Shown here one piece after another: positions 26,573-40,516 of a stretch of DNA of 64,000 bases. The DNA is from Eledone cirrhosa (lineage: Eukaryota), in assembly GCA_964016885.1 (NCBI GenBank), contig OZ024742.1, forward strand, positions 22,878,001 to 22,942,000. The letters are read 5' to 3'. The translations under genes and the position numbers were made by a program. The notes under the pieces are model-generated. The model did no database searches. It worked only from the letters and a program-made list of their open reading frames with translations, and was not told where the DNA came from. How positions within the stretch are numbered: the stretch's first letter is position 1; every line of letters starts with the position of its first letter.

Positions 26573-26859
26573 GGTGTGTGAGTGTGAGATATCCGTGCTT
26601 TATGGAATTCTAACAGTGTTATGTTAGTCCTGTTGTATAAATTATCTCTTATTATTTTCAGTGTGAATTGCTCTTAATGGTGGGCATGTGTGGATCATGA
26701 TTGTGATGTCATTATTTCGTTTACTGGAGCACCGGCTGATAGTATCGTCCAGTCTCTCTATCCCTCTCTCCTAACACACAGACACACACGCACAGACACA
26801 CACACATCACACATACAGACACACACACATATAATAATAATCATTTATTCTAAAGATAT

Positions 26860-27030
26860 TTTTTCCAATTACAACCCACCCGGCCCCTCAATCTATCTTA
26901 ATTCTCATTCTTCAGATCAAGGACTAGCGTCCGAAACGTTAAGACCCTCTTCCTGCTAAGCGTTAACCTAATATATCCCTTCCATATACTGTACCGATTG
27001 TGTTGTTATTTCTGTTTACCGTTTACATAC
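26860..27030 (+). mobile_element. Penelope-type pseudo-LTR end with a decayed hammerhead (26909-26944); its 3' 65 bp is repeated at 8935-8998
   Basis: TCTT-CAGATCA-A-GGAC(tagc)GTCC-GAAA-CG-TT-AAGA; two core mutations. Confidence 0.6.
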
Positions 27031-27333
27031 ATACACACATACATACATATATATATAAATATATATATATATGAAAATTGCAAACTTGACTGTCACCACA
27101 GAATATGAACCTGAAAATTGCGAAAGCATGAAAGTACTTTTTTAACTCAATCAACACTTAACATTTAATATTCTACCATACAATTTCATTCTAATACCAT
27201 TATAATTTTAAAGGATTGTAAATAAAACGAGTAAATCAGACAAAGTTGTAATTCCTTTTATTAATATAATCTTCTATACACAATCATACACACCCGTGTA
27301 TATTTATTTATATATTTATATCTATCTATCTAC

Positions 27334-27404
<71 letters not shown>

Positions 27405-27408
<4 letters not shown>

Positions 27409-28278
27409 CGTTTCTGAATTTGTTTAGCAAGATTCTTTACCTGAAAACGTGTGTTGAAACCGATATTGTTATACTTTGGGAGGGTCATGTTGCCAATAAG
27501 AAACACACGCCCCAGTTGCTTTCACTTCAATTTATTATAATAAATTTAGAAATTTAGGAATTTAGAAATTTCTGGTTGGTTGGTTGGTTCCACAACCAGA
27601 TGGTTGTTTATATATTGTCAAAGTTATTTCGTCACATATTCTGTGACCTCTTCAGTGACTGGGGATTCTTTTCTTTGTTTTTGTGCCTCTCCTTTGTTCT
27701 GTCCTACGCCATTTTGTTTCTGTGTGTGTGTTGTGTGCTCAGTCTGCGCATGCGCCACATCCGGGTGTCTGTGTGTGTTTATATTCGTTTATTTATTTGT
27801 TTATTTACATGTTACCGGTTGGTTATTTGTTCTATGTCCGTGTGTGTTTTCATTTTGTCCTTAATTGTAAGTTGTGATGTTGCTGTTCCACTCATATTTT
27901 CTATTTAATTTTGGTTGTAATTCTTTTATGTTTATTGCCTCTGTGATTTGTCTAAACATTGCGTCTTTTCTGTGTGTAGATTCTATTTTTATTTCTATGT
28001 TCTCTAATTTACCCTTATGTTCTATTTTAGCATGTTGGTACAGTACAGATGATTCTTTACTATCTTGAAGGTCTCGCGAGTGTTCATTTATCCGTTCCCC
28101 TACACTACGAGCTGTCTCACCTATGTACACTATATTTTTGTCTCTACATTGTCCTTCAGTACATCTTATGCTATACACTACATTTCTAGTTTTACAGTTA
28201 ATATGGGGGCTTATTTTACAGGTTATACATTTCTTATCTATACAGGGGGGTCTTTGAAAAGGGTATGTCTTGCTAATA
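27405..28278 (-). mobile_element. Inverted 5' arm of the Penelope-like element (GIY-YIG end + pseudo-LTR + extra tail)
   Basis: Reverse complement of 29729-30530 plus about 70 bp not present at the right end. Confidence 0.9.
27617..27659 (-). ncRNA. Hammerhead motif of family A, stem III mutated
   Basis: GUCA-CUGAAGA-G-GUCACA(gaaua)UGUGAC-GAAA-UAAC-UU^UGAC. Confidence 0.6.
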
Positions 28279-28289
28279 AAACGGGCAGT

Positions 28290-30147
28290 GACCCTGTCAC
28301 GTGACCACCAACACGGCCAGTCTGTGGAGCTAACATTGCTAGTAACTACAGACTGTCCTACTTCCTCTCCCTGATCATACGCCCTATCATTGAAATGTCC
28401 CCAGATGTATGTGACAGCACGGAGGACCTCCTCCGCAGAATCGGCGAGCGTAACCGATCTAGGGACCTAACAAACTGCATAATAGGTAGTATGGATGCTG
28501 TGTCTCTGTATCCATCTATTGACGTGGATTTTGCTGTGAAGAAATCCGTAGAAATGATCAGTGAGAAGAATGTTAAGTTCCGTGGGATTGATACCAGTGA
28601 GCTGGGACTCCTACTTAAACTTACCTATAGTAATAATTACCTAGACACATATGACCTTAGCAACCTGTGCCCTACAAGACCAGCAAGAGGCCGACCACCT
28701 ACCATTACCTCAATGGCCAAGAAAACCCACACAGATAGATGGAACGGGTGGACCAGAGCCATACGGACACCCGAAAACCACGATGAACTGAAGAAAATGA
28801 TTGCACATGCGGTAGGGGCCAGCATAAAACTAACCCTTAAGGTACATATGTTCAAATTTAATGGAAAAACATATGCCCAAGAGAAAGGAGCAGCCATTGG
28901 TGTTAGCATTGCAGGCGACATAGCTAACTTATTCATGGTATAGTGGGACAGTAGACTTAAACTTAAACTTAAAGAACAATTAGAAGACCCCTTAACCCTC
29001 ATAATGTACTCCCGCTACGTTGATGATATAAACATCGTAGTTAAGACACCCCCACTAGAGAACAGTCAGGAACTAGAGAAAAACACAATGGAAATCATCC
29101 AGCAAATAGCTAACTCCATCCACCAGAGTATTAGAGTTACTATAGACTACCCAAGTAAACACCCCAACCATCGATTACCTGTACTAGACACAGAGCTCTG
29201 GTTAGATACCATTAATAACAAAAAACAAATCCTCCATTCCCATTATGCCAAACCCATGACTTCCAAACATCTGATCCACCGAAACTCGGCCGTTTCGGAC
29301 CATACCAAAATCAACATACTGATTGCGGATTTGGTACGGGTGATGAGAAATGTGTCCCGCATGTGCAACCCCGAAGAACTAGAGAGACACATACAACACT
29401 TCATCCACCGTATGCAGTTCTCTGGTTACAATCAGAGAGATAAAATCAGAGTGTATAGAGGAGCCAGAACCAAATGGGAAAAAAATGCTAAATAATGACA
29501 CAAATAGGACCTGCCCCTTGTATAGGAGCAAATTTTGGAATAGAATAGAAAGAACTAGGAATAAGGCTAATAGAATAAACTCATGGTATGATAGCAATAA
29601 ATAGCAGAGTGTAATGTTCATCGATACAACCCCTAGAGGTGAATTAGCTTACAAATTTAGAAGCGCCCTAGATAAACATAAACTCAATATTAAGATAGTA
29701 GAAAGACCAGGTACCTCCGTAAAAACACTTATTAGCAAGACATACCCTTTTCAAAGACCCCCCTGTATAGATAAGAAATGTATAATCTGTAAAATAAGCC
29801 CCCATATTAACTGTAAAACTAGAAATGTAGTATATAGCATAAGATGTACTGAAGGACAATGTAGAGACATAAATATAGTGTACATAGGTGAGACAGCTCG
29901 TAGTGTAGGGGAACGGATAAATGAACACTGGCGAGACCTTCAAGATAGTAAAGAATCATCTGTACTGTGCCAACATGCTAAAATAGAACATAAGGGAAAA
30001 TTAGAGAACATAGAAATAAAAATAGAATCTACACACAGAAAAGACGCAATGTTTAGACAAATCACAGAGGCAATAAACATAAAAGAATTACAACCAAAAT
30101 TAAATAGAAAATATGAGTGGAACAGCAACATCACAACTTACAATTAA
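28290..30147 (+). pseudogene. Penelope-like reverse transcriptase / GIY-YIG endonuclease, with stops and a frameshift
   Basis: IIGSMDAVSLYPSI, YAQEKGAAIGVSIAGDIANLFM, YSRYVDDI, LPVLDTEL, HYAKP, then VVYSIRC...YIGET across 28395..28943, 29004..29495 and 29614..30147. Confidence 0.92.
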
Positions 30148-30348
30148 GGACAAAATGAAAACACACACGGACATAGAACAAATAACCAACCGGTAACATG
30201 TAAATAAACAAATAAATAAACGAATATAAACACACACAGACACCCGGATGTGGCGCATGCGCAGACTGAGCACACAACACACACACAGAAACAAAATGGC
30301 GTAGGACAGAACAAAGGAGTGGCACAAAAACAAAGAAAAGAATCCCCA

Positions 30349-30391
30349 GTCACTGAAGAGGTCACATAATGTGTGACGAAAGAACTTTGAC
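30349..30391 (+). ncRNA. Hammerhead motif of family A
   Basis: GUCA-CUGAAGA-G-GUCACA(uaaug)UGUGAC-GAAA-GAAC-UU^UGAC. Confidence 0.72.
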
Positions 30392-30718
30392 AATATATAA
30401 ACAACTATCTGATTGTGGAACCAACCAACCAACCAGAAATTTTATAAATTCCTAAATTTATAAATTTATTATAATAAATTGAAGTGAAAGCACTGGTGCG
30501 TGTGTTTCTTATTGGCAACATGACCCTCCCGTTCGTTCGGAGAAAATTTTCCCCGAACGAACTAGCCGTGTCCGAAGGAACCTGCAGCCGTAGAATCAGC
30601 CAGATCCATACAGTGATCATGTCTCGAGCTACCTGCCGGCGAAACAATTGTAACACGCAATAAACTGAGTCCAGATGCATAACTGATTTTTCGTTGTTTT
30701 ATACAATCCACACTCTAC

Positions 30719-30854
30719 TCAGGTGGTAGGAGAGAGTGGAAAGTGGGAAGGTCATTGGTTGAAAGAAAAGGGAATTCATTTAATAGCTAATTCTTTAATT
30801 TTTTTTTCTTTCAACCAAAGACCTTCCCACTCCCCACCCTCTCCTACCACCTGA
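30719..30854. repeat. Fold-back inverted repeat, arms about 50 bp
   Basis: tcaggtggtaggagag...ttggttgaaagaaaa versus ttttctttcaaccaa...ctctcctaccacctga. Confidence 0.85.
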
Positions 30855-31028
30855 ACAGATATAAATACCACAACATTTATTTTTGGAAAGCCAGATTCCT
30901 CATGATTTCTAAAGAATGAAACAGTTCTAGTCCTCTAGAATCTCATCTATATTAGCACTTTTATACTCTGCTATGTATTGAGTACCTTACTTACTGTGGT
31001 TACCTCCGATTCAACCCGGAATAACTTA

Positions 31029-31126
<98 letters not shown>

Positions 31127-31495
31127 CTTAAAAATAGATATAAGTATAAGAAGAACGTGGTGGTGGTGGAGTTTTCCTCATCAGTTGCCTACTGGAGATG
31201 TCGGATATTCCAACGCTTTAAAGACAATATATCTACCCCCTGAGCGTTGTTGGTTTTTCCGTGTTTTTCTATTTTCTTCCCTTTTTTCCTTTTTTCCTTT
31301 TTTTCCTTTTTTCCTTCTATTTTCCTTCCGTCTCTCCTCCATCTTCCCAATAAGTTACCCAGTTATTGAACGCTCTGGGGGTAGATATATTGTCTTTAAA
31401 GCGTTGAAATATCCGAGACCCCAGTAGATAACTGATGAGGAAAACTTCCCCACCCCCGTTCTTGCTTTCTTCTTATTCTTATTCCTATTTTTAAG
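31127..31495. repeat. Fold-back/MITE-like element, arms about 120 bp with a pyrimidine-rich spacer
   Basis: 31127-31248 is the reverse complement of 31369-31495 (caacgctttaaagacaatatatctacccc). Confidence 0.85.
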
Positions 31496-31531
31496 ACTAA
31501 CTTTCTAGCAACTACAGAACCACCCTGTTAT

Positions 31532-31664
<133 letters not shown>

Positions 31665-31673
31665 CATATACTG

Positions 31674-31704
<31 letters not shown>

Positions 31705-31793
31705 GATTCCAGTTCTTCACAGAAATAGCAACACAACCAGGAGCCGGACATATCGATGTATTGATGGAGTAAAACACAATTCAACAACATGTG

Positions 31794-31844
31794 TGCCTGA
31801 AGAGGTCACAGCCAATGATGGCTGTCAGCGAAATATATATAGCA
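31794..31844 (+). ncRNA. Type I hammerhead motif, short stem I
   Basis: UGC-CUGAAGA-G-guc-ACAGCCA(auga)UGGCUGU-cag-C-GAAA-UAUAUA-UA^GCA. Confidence 0.6.
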
Positions 31845-31948
31845 GTATATCTATAATTTATAATAAACGAAGCCAAATTTGACATATTTGACTTAATTAT
31901 TTAATATACATACACACACACACACACACACACACAGACACAGACACA

Positions 31949-32053
<105 letters not shown>

Positions 32054-32054
32054 G

Positions 32055-33245
32055 ATATAAGATCAAAAGATGGTTAAAAGTGTTCCAAGTATTTTATTAT
32101 GCGCATTTCAAAAACAAATATCATCATGGGATGATATCTGCGTTCTCATCAGATAAAATCGGGTGACATGAAGCTTAAAAAACACTTGTGAATAGTGAAG
32201 TTTTAAATCAACATATAAAAAATAAATTAAGATTGATGTATGAGATTGGGAAAAAAGTGAGGGGGGTGGGGTGGAAAAGATAAGGAAGAGGAAGAGATGA
32301 GAGTAAAGGATGGTGGGGGAGGAGTATAAGAAGGAAGGATGAGAGAGGACGAGAGATGGGTGATAGAGAGAGAGAGATAGCCTTTACAACTGAGAAAAAA
32401 AAATATATTGTCTCACAGAGAGAAATTAAAAAGCCGTTGGAAGATAATAGATAATTTAAAAGATTTTGAAATTAAAAGTTAATGAGGTTTATGCATGAAG
32501 AAAAAGGAATTAAGAATAGTATTAAATTAAGGTTTGTATATTGAAGGGTTTAATAATATGTGCGAGGAAAAGAATTTATTAATATGTATTATTAAAATGA
32601 AAATATTAATGTTATTAAGGATATAATGTGAAAAGAAGGAGAAGAATGAATGAGTTATGAATTTAGAGGAATTAATTAGGGTTTAAGTTTCTTTTTATGT
32701 AATGTAATATGTGTACGTAAATAGTTTGTTTAAAATGAGCGCGGAAGGAAAGAAGAAAATAATGTTTAACGAAGAAAATATCTAACATCAAAAAGTATAT
32801 ATGTTTACGAAATATTTTCTAATGGTAATAATATAATATATTAAAAGAAATTAGTTAGGGTTTAAGTTTATTTTTATGTATTGTAATATGTAAAAGTCAA
32901 ATTAAGTAATAGTTTAAAACGAGCATGAAAAGATGGAGGAGATAAGAAAAATTTAAGGAAGAAAAAAATCTAATGTCAAAAAATTATATGTTTACGAAGG
33001 ACTTCTAATGGTAATACTATAATGTATTAAAAAAATAATTTTTATGGCCAATGATATGAGGAAAGATGGAAGAATGGATAATATTGTGGTAAGTAATAAT
33101 AAGAATTGAGAAGTAGTTGGGAAGAAAAATTACAGATTAGAGGTTAGAAATTAAAAAGAAAAAAGGAAGAAAGGAAAATGATAAAGAGGAATGATATAGA
33201 ATGAGTAAATTGTATTATATAATATATAATATTGAAATAAGGTAG
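32055..33245 (-). mobile_element. AT-rich decayed Penelope-like relic with an internal duplication of about 170 bp
   Basis: Strong strand-biased composition, hammerhead at its 3' end, 32675-32845 similar to 32853-33030; no readable ORF. Confidence 0.5.
32091..32159 (-). ncRNA. Type I hammerhead ribozyme with a long stem II
   Basis: AUUUUAU-CUGAUGA-GAACGCAGAUAUCAUC(ccau)GAUGAUAUUUGUUUUU-GAAA-UGCGCA-UA^AUAAAAU. Confidence 0.8.
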
Positions 33246-33350
33246 AAAGATTATACTATTATATTATTTATACTCCAGTCCTACAAACTGTAGAGTGCTA
33301 CTTATCCGATATTTGCATTGCTTTATTGTGCTACAATAAAACTCACCTCC

Positions 33351-33418
<68 letters not shown>

Positions 33419-33689
33419 CATTGGAGAACGTAGGATTGAAAAGTTACGGTGTTCATATTTTCGGCAAGGACATAGGGTTAATGGGATCCGACTGGAGACT
33501 GAAACCTCGTCGTTATTTCAAACGTGCAGAGCTTTCATAGACAATACAAGGAATCATCTCCCTACAATACAGGGACTCACAACTCTAAAGTTTAGATGGA
33601 AGGTCATAACGTTTTGTGACGTCATTGTTTTATTAAGCCTCTTCTCCAAGAAACGTACTTAAAACATACTCACACACACACTAACAAGC

Positions 33690-36400
33690 CCACACACCCA
33701 TAACATACATTGATAACTCACCCACAATATATCATACATGAACATGACACACCCATAACATAACCACAACATAACATACACACACTTAACATACCCATAT
33801 CATAACACACACACACACACATAACATACCTACAACATAACATACACACATAACATACCCATATCATAACACATACACACACATAACATAGCCACAACAT
33901 AACATACACACACATAACATAGCCACATAATAACATACACATACACACACATAACATAGCCACAACATAACATACACACATACACACACACATAACATAG
34001 TCACAACATAACATACACATACACACACATAACGTACACACAACATAACATACCCACAACATAACATACACACACACATAACATACCCACAACATAACAT
34101 ACACATACACACACATAACATACCCACAACATAACATACACATACACACACATAACATACCCACAACATAACATACACATACACACACACATAACATAGC
34201 CACACGACAACATAACATACACATACACACACATAACATACCCACAACATAACATACACATACACACACACATAACATACCCACAACATAACATACACAT
34301 ACACACACACATAACATAGCCACACGACAACATAACATACACATACACACACATAACATACCCACAACATACACATACACACACACATAACATACACATA
34401 CACACATAACATACACATACACACACACATAACATAGCCACACGACAACATAACATACACATACACACACATAACATACCCACAACATAACATACCCTCA
34501 ACATAACATACACACACATAACATACCCACAACATACACATACACACACACATAACATACACATACACACATAACATACACATACACACACACATAACAT
34601 AGCCACACGACAACATAACATACACATACACACACATAACATACCCACAACATAACATACACATACACACACATAACATACCCTCAACATAACATACACA
34701 TACACACACATAACATACCCACAACATACACATACACACACACATAACATACACATACACACATAACATACACATACACACACACATAACATAGCCACAC
34801 GACAACATAACATACACATACACACACATAACATACCCTCAACATAACATACACATACACACACATAACATACCCACAACATACACATACACACACACAT
34901 AACATACACATACACACATAACATACACATACACACACACATAACATAGCCACACGACAACATAACATACACATACACACACATAACATACCCACAACAT
35001 AACATACACATACACACACATAACATTCCCACAACATAACATACACATACACACACATAACATAGCCACAACATAACATGCACATACACACACATAACGT
35101 ACCCACAACATAACATACACATACACACACACATAACATAGCCACACGACAACATAACTTACACATACACACACATAACATAGCCACAACATAACATACA
35201 CATACACACACACATAACATAGCCACACGACAACATAACATACACACACACACACATAACGTACCCACAACATAACATACACATACACACACACATAACA
35301 TAGCCACACGACAACATAACATACACATACACACACATAACATACCCTCAACATAACATACACATACACACACACATAACATAGCCACACGACAACATAG
35401 CATACACATACACACACATAACATACCCACAACATAACATACACATACACACACACATAACATAGCCACACGACAACATAACATACCCTCAACATAACAT
35501 ACACATACACACACACATAACATAGCCACACGACAACATAGCATACACACACACACACACACATAACATACACATACACACGCATAACATAGCCACACGA
35601 CAACATAACATACACATACACACATATAACATACACATACACACACATAACATACCCTCAACATAACATACACATACACACACACATAACATAGCCACAC
35701 GACAACATAGCATACACATACACACACATAACATACCCACAACATAACATACACATACACACACACATAACATAGCCACACGACAATATAGCATACACAT
35801 ACACACACATAACATACCCACAACATAACATACACATACACACACACATAACATAGCCACACGACAATATAGCATACACATACACACACATAACATACCC
35901 ACAACATAACATACACATACACACACACATAACATAGCCACACGACAATATAGCATACACATACACACACATAACATACCCACAACATAACATACACATA
36001 CACACACACATAACATAGCCACACGACAACTAGCATACACATACACACACATAACATACCCTCAACATAACATACACATACACACACACATAACATAGCC
36101 ACACGACAACTAGCATACACATACACACACATAACATACCCTCAACATAACATACACATACACACACACATAACATAGCCACACGACAATATAGCATACA
36201 CATACACACACATAACATACCCACAACATAACATACACATACACACACACATAACATAGCCACACGACAACATAGCATACACATACACACACATAACATA
36301 GCCACAACATAACATACACATACACACACACATAACATAGCCACACGACAACATAGCATACACGCACATAACAGCTACAAACACACACACCACACCCAGA
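33690..36400. repeat. Complex CA/CATAA-based satellite of about 2.7 kb
   Basis: Alternating modules cataacatagccacacgacaa, cataacatacccacaa and cataacataccctcaa linked by catacacatacacaca. Confidence 0.95.
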
Positions 36401-36634
36401 AACATATAGAGTCAATACTAGAATCTGGTGGTTATTATTGAAGTAAAATCTATCTTCTACCTTTTACAATCCACTATTTCCACTCTACGAACTTAGAAGC
36501 CTACTTACTATGATCCTCTTCCTAAAGGAATACACCACAGAGAGCATTCTTCGTTGTCAACATATCGTTTGTAATAAATCTCATAGATTCTAATATAAAA
36601 TAATAACTAACATACACATATACGCCTCCATACA

Positions 36635-36715
<81 letters not shown>

Positions 36716-36845
36716 CTATATATATATGTATACATATATATATATATACATATAAATACTTATGTATACACATACGCAATATATACACCCCCATGTATAT
36801 ATATGCATATATGTATATATATATATGTATATATGTGTGTGTATG

Positions 36846-36886
<41 letters not shown>

Positions 36887-36996
36887 CATATACTTACACA
36901 CATATATATACACACACATATACACACACACACACATATATATATATATAAAACACATATACTCCCACACACACACACATATATATATACACACAC

Positions 36997-37124
<128 letters not shown>

Positions 37125-37132
37125 ATATACAC

Positions 37133-37196
<64 letters not shown>

Positions 37197-37679
37197 ATAT
37201 ACACACACATATATATAACACATACTTAAACAAGTAAAACACAACAAGAGCCATCAAAATTTTAAATACTTCAACATATTTTATCCCAACTCAACATTTT
37301 TCTCATCAGTTTTCCACTGAAATATCGAGAAATTCACGATTCTCTTATTTTATTATTTCTACGATTAGCCTCTTTCAGTAACCTTTCTATAATATAATGC
37401 TAACATAGTGTAATTTTTCTTCACACCATTCGTCTGTAACTTCCCCTTGTTGTATGATGACATAACCTAGCTGTAGGCTTTCAAAATCCATGTACACATC
37501 TTTCTATTGAACCAAACCGTTTTATTTCGAATATTTCCGACAATATGTAAACTTTTTCATCCAGAATTTCAAACTCCGGATATCTAAGATGTTGTTTTAG
37601 TTTCTTATTGAGTTTTTTTTACATTTCTACATTTGATACTAATTTCTACGTCAAAGCAATCTCGCAGCCGTCACATCGT

Positions 37680-37800
37680 AATCATCATTCATCATCATCA
37701 TCATCGTCATTGTCGTCAACTTTGTTGTCATCGTCGTCATCGACGTCGTCGTCGTCATCATCATCGTCATCACCATCGTCATCGTCATCGTCATCATCAC

Positions 37801-37841
<41 letters not shown>

Positions 37842-37904
37842 CCATCATCATCATCCTCATCATCATCATCATCATCGTCATCATCACCATCATGATCATC
37901 ATCG

Positions 37905-37950
<46 letters not shown>

Positions 37951-37985
37951 TATCATCATCATCATCAGCACCAACAACAGCAGTA
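37680..37985. repeat. (CAT)n/(CGT)n trinucleotide tract
   Basis: Direct inspection. Confidence 0.95.
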
Positions 37986-38304
37986 GCTGTTACAGGTAAA
38001 CTGCAATGTATTTCCTTGAGAGTTATGAGAAATTAGTAGCTATGTAAACAATAGAATCGAAGACAATAGCAAGAAGTAGAATTTACAGCTTTGGTTTTTA
38101 ATTGATGTTATTTAAGTTTTCAAAATTATGGAAAATCTTCTGCTTTATGTAGACAGTCCCCAGCATGGAACAACCTACCTGCATTAGTTGTTAGCTGTCG
38201 GGACACTTCATCTCTCAAAACCTCCTTGCTTCCCCGAAATTTGCCAAAACTAGACCTGATATTCCCCTTCCATAAAGTGAACAGTGTATGAGTTATGATA
38301 TAAT

Positions 38305-38478
38305 TGTTTCTACTTTTGGCACAAGGCCAGCAATTACCCAGTGTATTACTAGTACTTTATTTTATTGATTCCGTAAGGATGAAAGGCAAAGTTAACCTCG
38401 GCGGGATTTGAACTCAGAATGGCAAGGGCCGTACCTCTATGCGTCAAAGCATGGCGTCCGACCCTCTACCGATACTGC
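38305..38478 (-). mobile_element. Meta-type SINE
   Basis: Reverse complement of the consensus. Confidence 0.88.
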
Positions 38479-38481
38479 TAA

Positions 38482-38747
38482 TATTGTGTACAGTGCTCAG
38501 ATGCAATACAACTCATCAAAGGTACATAGAAAAATTGTTTCTACTTTTGGCACAAGGCTCAAATGTGAGAAAAGTGAACAGTGTATGAGTCATGATACAC
38601 ACATACACACACATACACACATGCGTGCGTGTATCATGACTCATACACTGTTCACTTTTCTCACATTTGAACCTTGTGCCAAAAGTAGAAACAATTATTC
38701 TATGTACCTTTGATGAGTTGTATTGCATCTGAGCACTGTACACAATA
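38482..38747. repeat. Near-perfect inverted repeat, arms about 118 bp with a CA-rich loop
   Basis: 38482-38600 is the reverse complement of 38628-38747. Confidence 0.92.
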
Positions 38748-38771
38748 ACTTTCATTATATCATAACTCATA

Positions 38772-39160
38772 GGCGGTGGACTGGCAGTATCGGTAGAGGG
38801 TTGGACGCCATGCTTTGACGCATAAAGTTACGGCCCTTGCCATTCTGAGTTCAAATCCCGCCGAGGTTAACTTTGCCTTTCATCCTTACGAGGTCGATAA
38901 CATAAAGTACCAGTAATGCACTGGGTAATTGCTGGCCTTGTGCCTAAAGTAGGAACAATTATATCATAACTCATAGGCGGACGATTGGCAGTATCGGTAG
39001 AGGGTCGGATGCCATGCTTTCCAGCATAGTTACGTCCATTAACGATCTGAGTTCAAATCCCGCTGGGGTTGACTTTGCCTTTCATCCTTACGGGGTAGAT
39101 AAAATAAAGTACCAGTAATGCACTTGGTAATTGCTGGCTTTGTGCCAAAAAGTAAAAACA
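38772..39160 (+). mobile_element. Two tandem Meta-type SINEs separated and flanked by the same 18-bp sequence
   Basis: attatatcataactcata at 38754-38771, 38958-38975 and 39161-39178. Confidence 0.9.
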
Positions 39161-40013
39161 ATTATATCATAACTCATACACTGTTCACTTTTCTCATATT
39201 TGTACATTACTCTATGTATATTACATGCACCTTTGATGAGTTGTAGTGCACCTGAACACTGTACACAATAATTCTCATTACTATTTCTGTTTTGCTTTCC
39301 TAGCACAACTAAATGTAGATAGTTATATCTCGTATAGTACTTTAGTAATATAAAACTAATAAACTATTTTATTAGATGATAAACATAATAACTGAAATTT
39401 CGGGTTTTATAATTTTCAGGTATTGACAAACATATTCTATAAGTTCTTTGTTATGTTGAAAGAAGACACAGCGAAGAAAAGAAAGATAAGAAAAGGTTAG
39501 AAAAATATAGAAAGACATAACAAGTTATTTATTGGTTGGCACAATTTAGAATAACAATGAAAAAATATATTTAAATAAAGAAGATATTGTTATTAGATGT
39601 AAATAAATATCTTACTATCTGACTTTATGCTAAAGAATTTAAGATATTTAACTTTTAAGGGTTATAGAAGAAAGTTTTAAAACAGCTAAAATCTCTACAC
39701 ATATACAAATAGACGAGGTAACACAATCTTATACGATTATTACGCTAAGTAGTCACACATAGAACTTTATTTACTATGATTATTTCTTTATATTCAAATT
39801 ATTTTGAAAAGACATCGTAAAATCTCAGTGAAGCAGAAACTGAAGCTAGAATGTTTACACTGATTACACCGTATACCAAACAGATTTAACTCACAAATAC
39901 CTTACCAATTCTACACCACTACACAGCGTTACAAGCTTAGGGGAAAAAACCAAAAGAATTAAAACATTAAAAATATATATAGTCTTGCACAACAATCTGA
40001 GGGTAACCTATAA

Positions 40014-40083
<70 letters not shown>

Positions 40084-40278
40084 GTATTTACATACATAAA
40101 CACATACACATATATAGTATATACATATATATATATACAATATATACATACGTACATATGAGTATATATTATATCTATCTATATATATACATACACTCAC
40201 ACGTATATATACATACACGTGTTTTTTGTATGTATATATCGATGTGTGTATGCACGTGTCTTTAATTGTGAATCTATG

Positions 40279-40377
<99 letters not shown>

Positions 40378-40516
40378 AACGGAAAAAATGAAACGAAATT
40401 TCATTTCCCACTCTTAGTACGGCTGTTACTTAAATATAAGTATGTATACGTACATACATATATGTATACAGACGTACAGTAGTATGTATATATATATATA
40501 CATACATGGAAGGGAT

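Larger units (their letters stand above)
28279..30530 (+). mobile_element. Penelope-like element (family A), 5'-truncated main arm
   Basis: RT + GIY-YIG relic followed by a pseudo-LTR with a hammerhead. Confidence 0.93.

Noticed and set aside
31430-31452. CTGATGAG resembling a hammerhead core
   Set aside because: No stem II followed by GAAA and no stem I partner; it is just part of a fold-back arm.
33718-36415. Long Cys/Val/Tyr/Met-rich ORFs up to 482 aa
   Set aside because: Open in several frames of a CA-based satellite; artefact of stop-free repeats.
37608-37986. Poly-His/Ser/Met ORFs
   Set aside because: (CAT)n tract with no splice or homology support.
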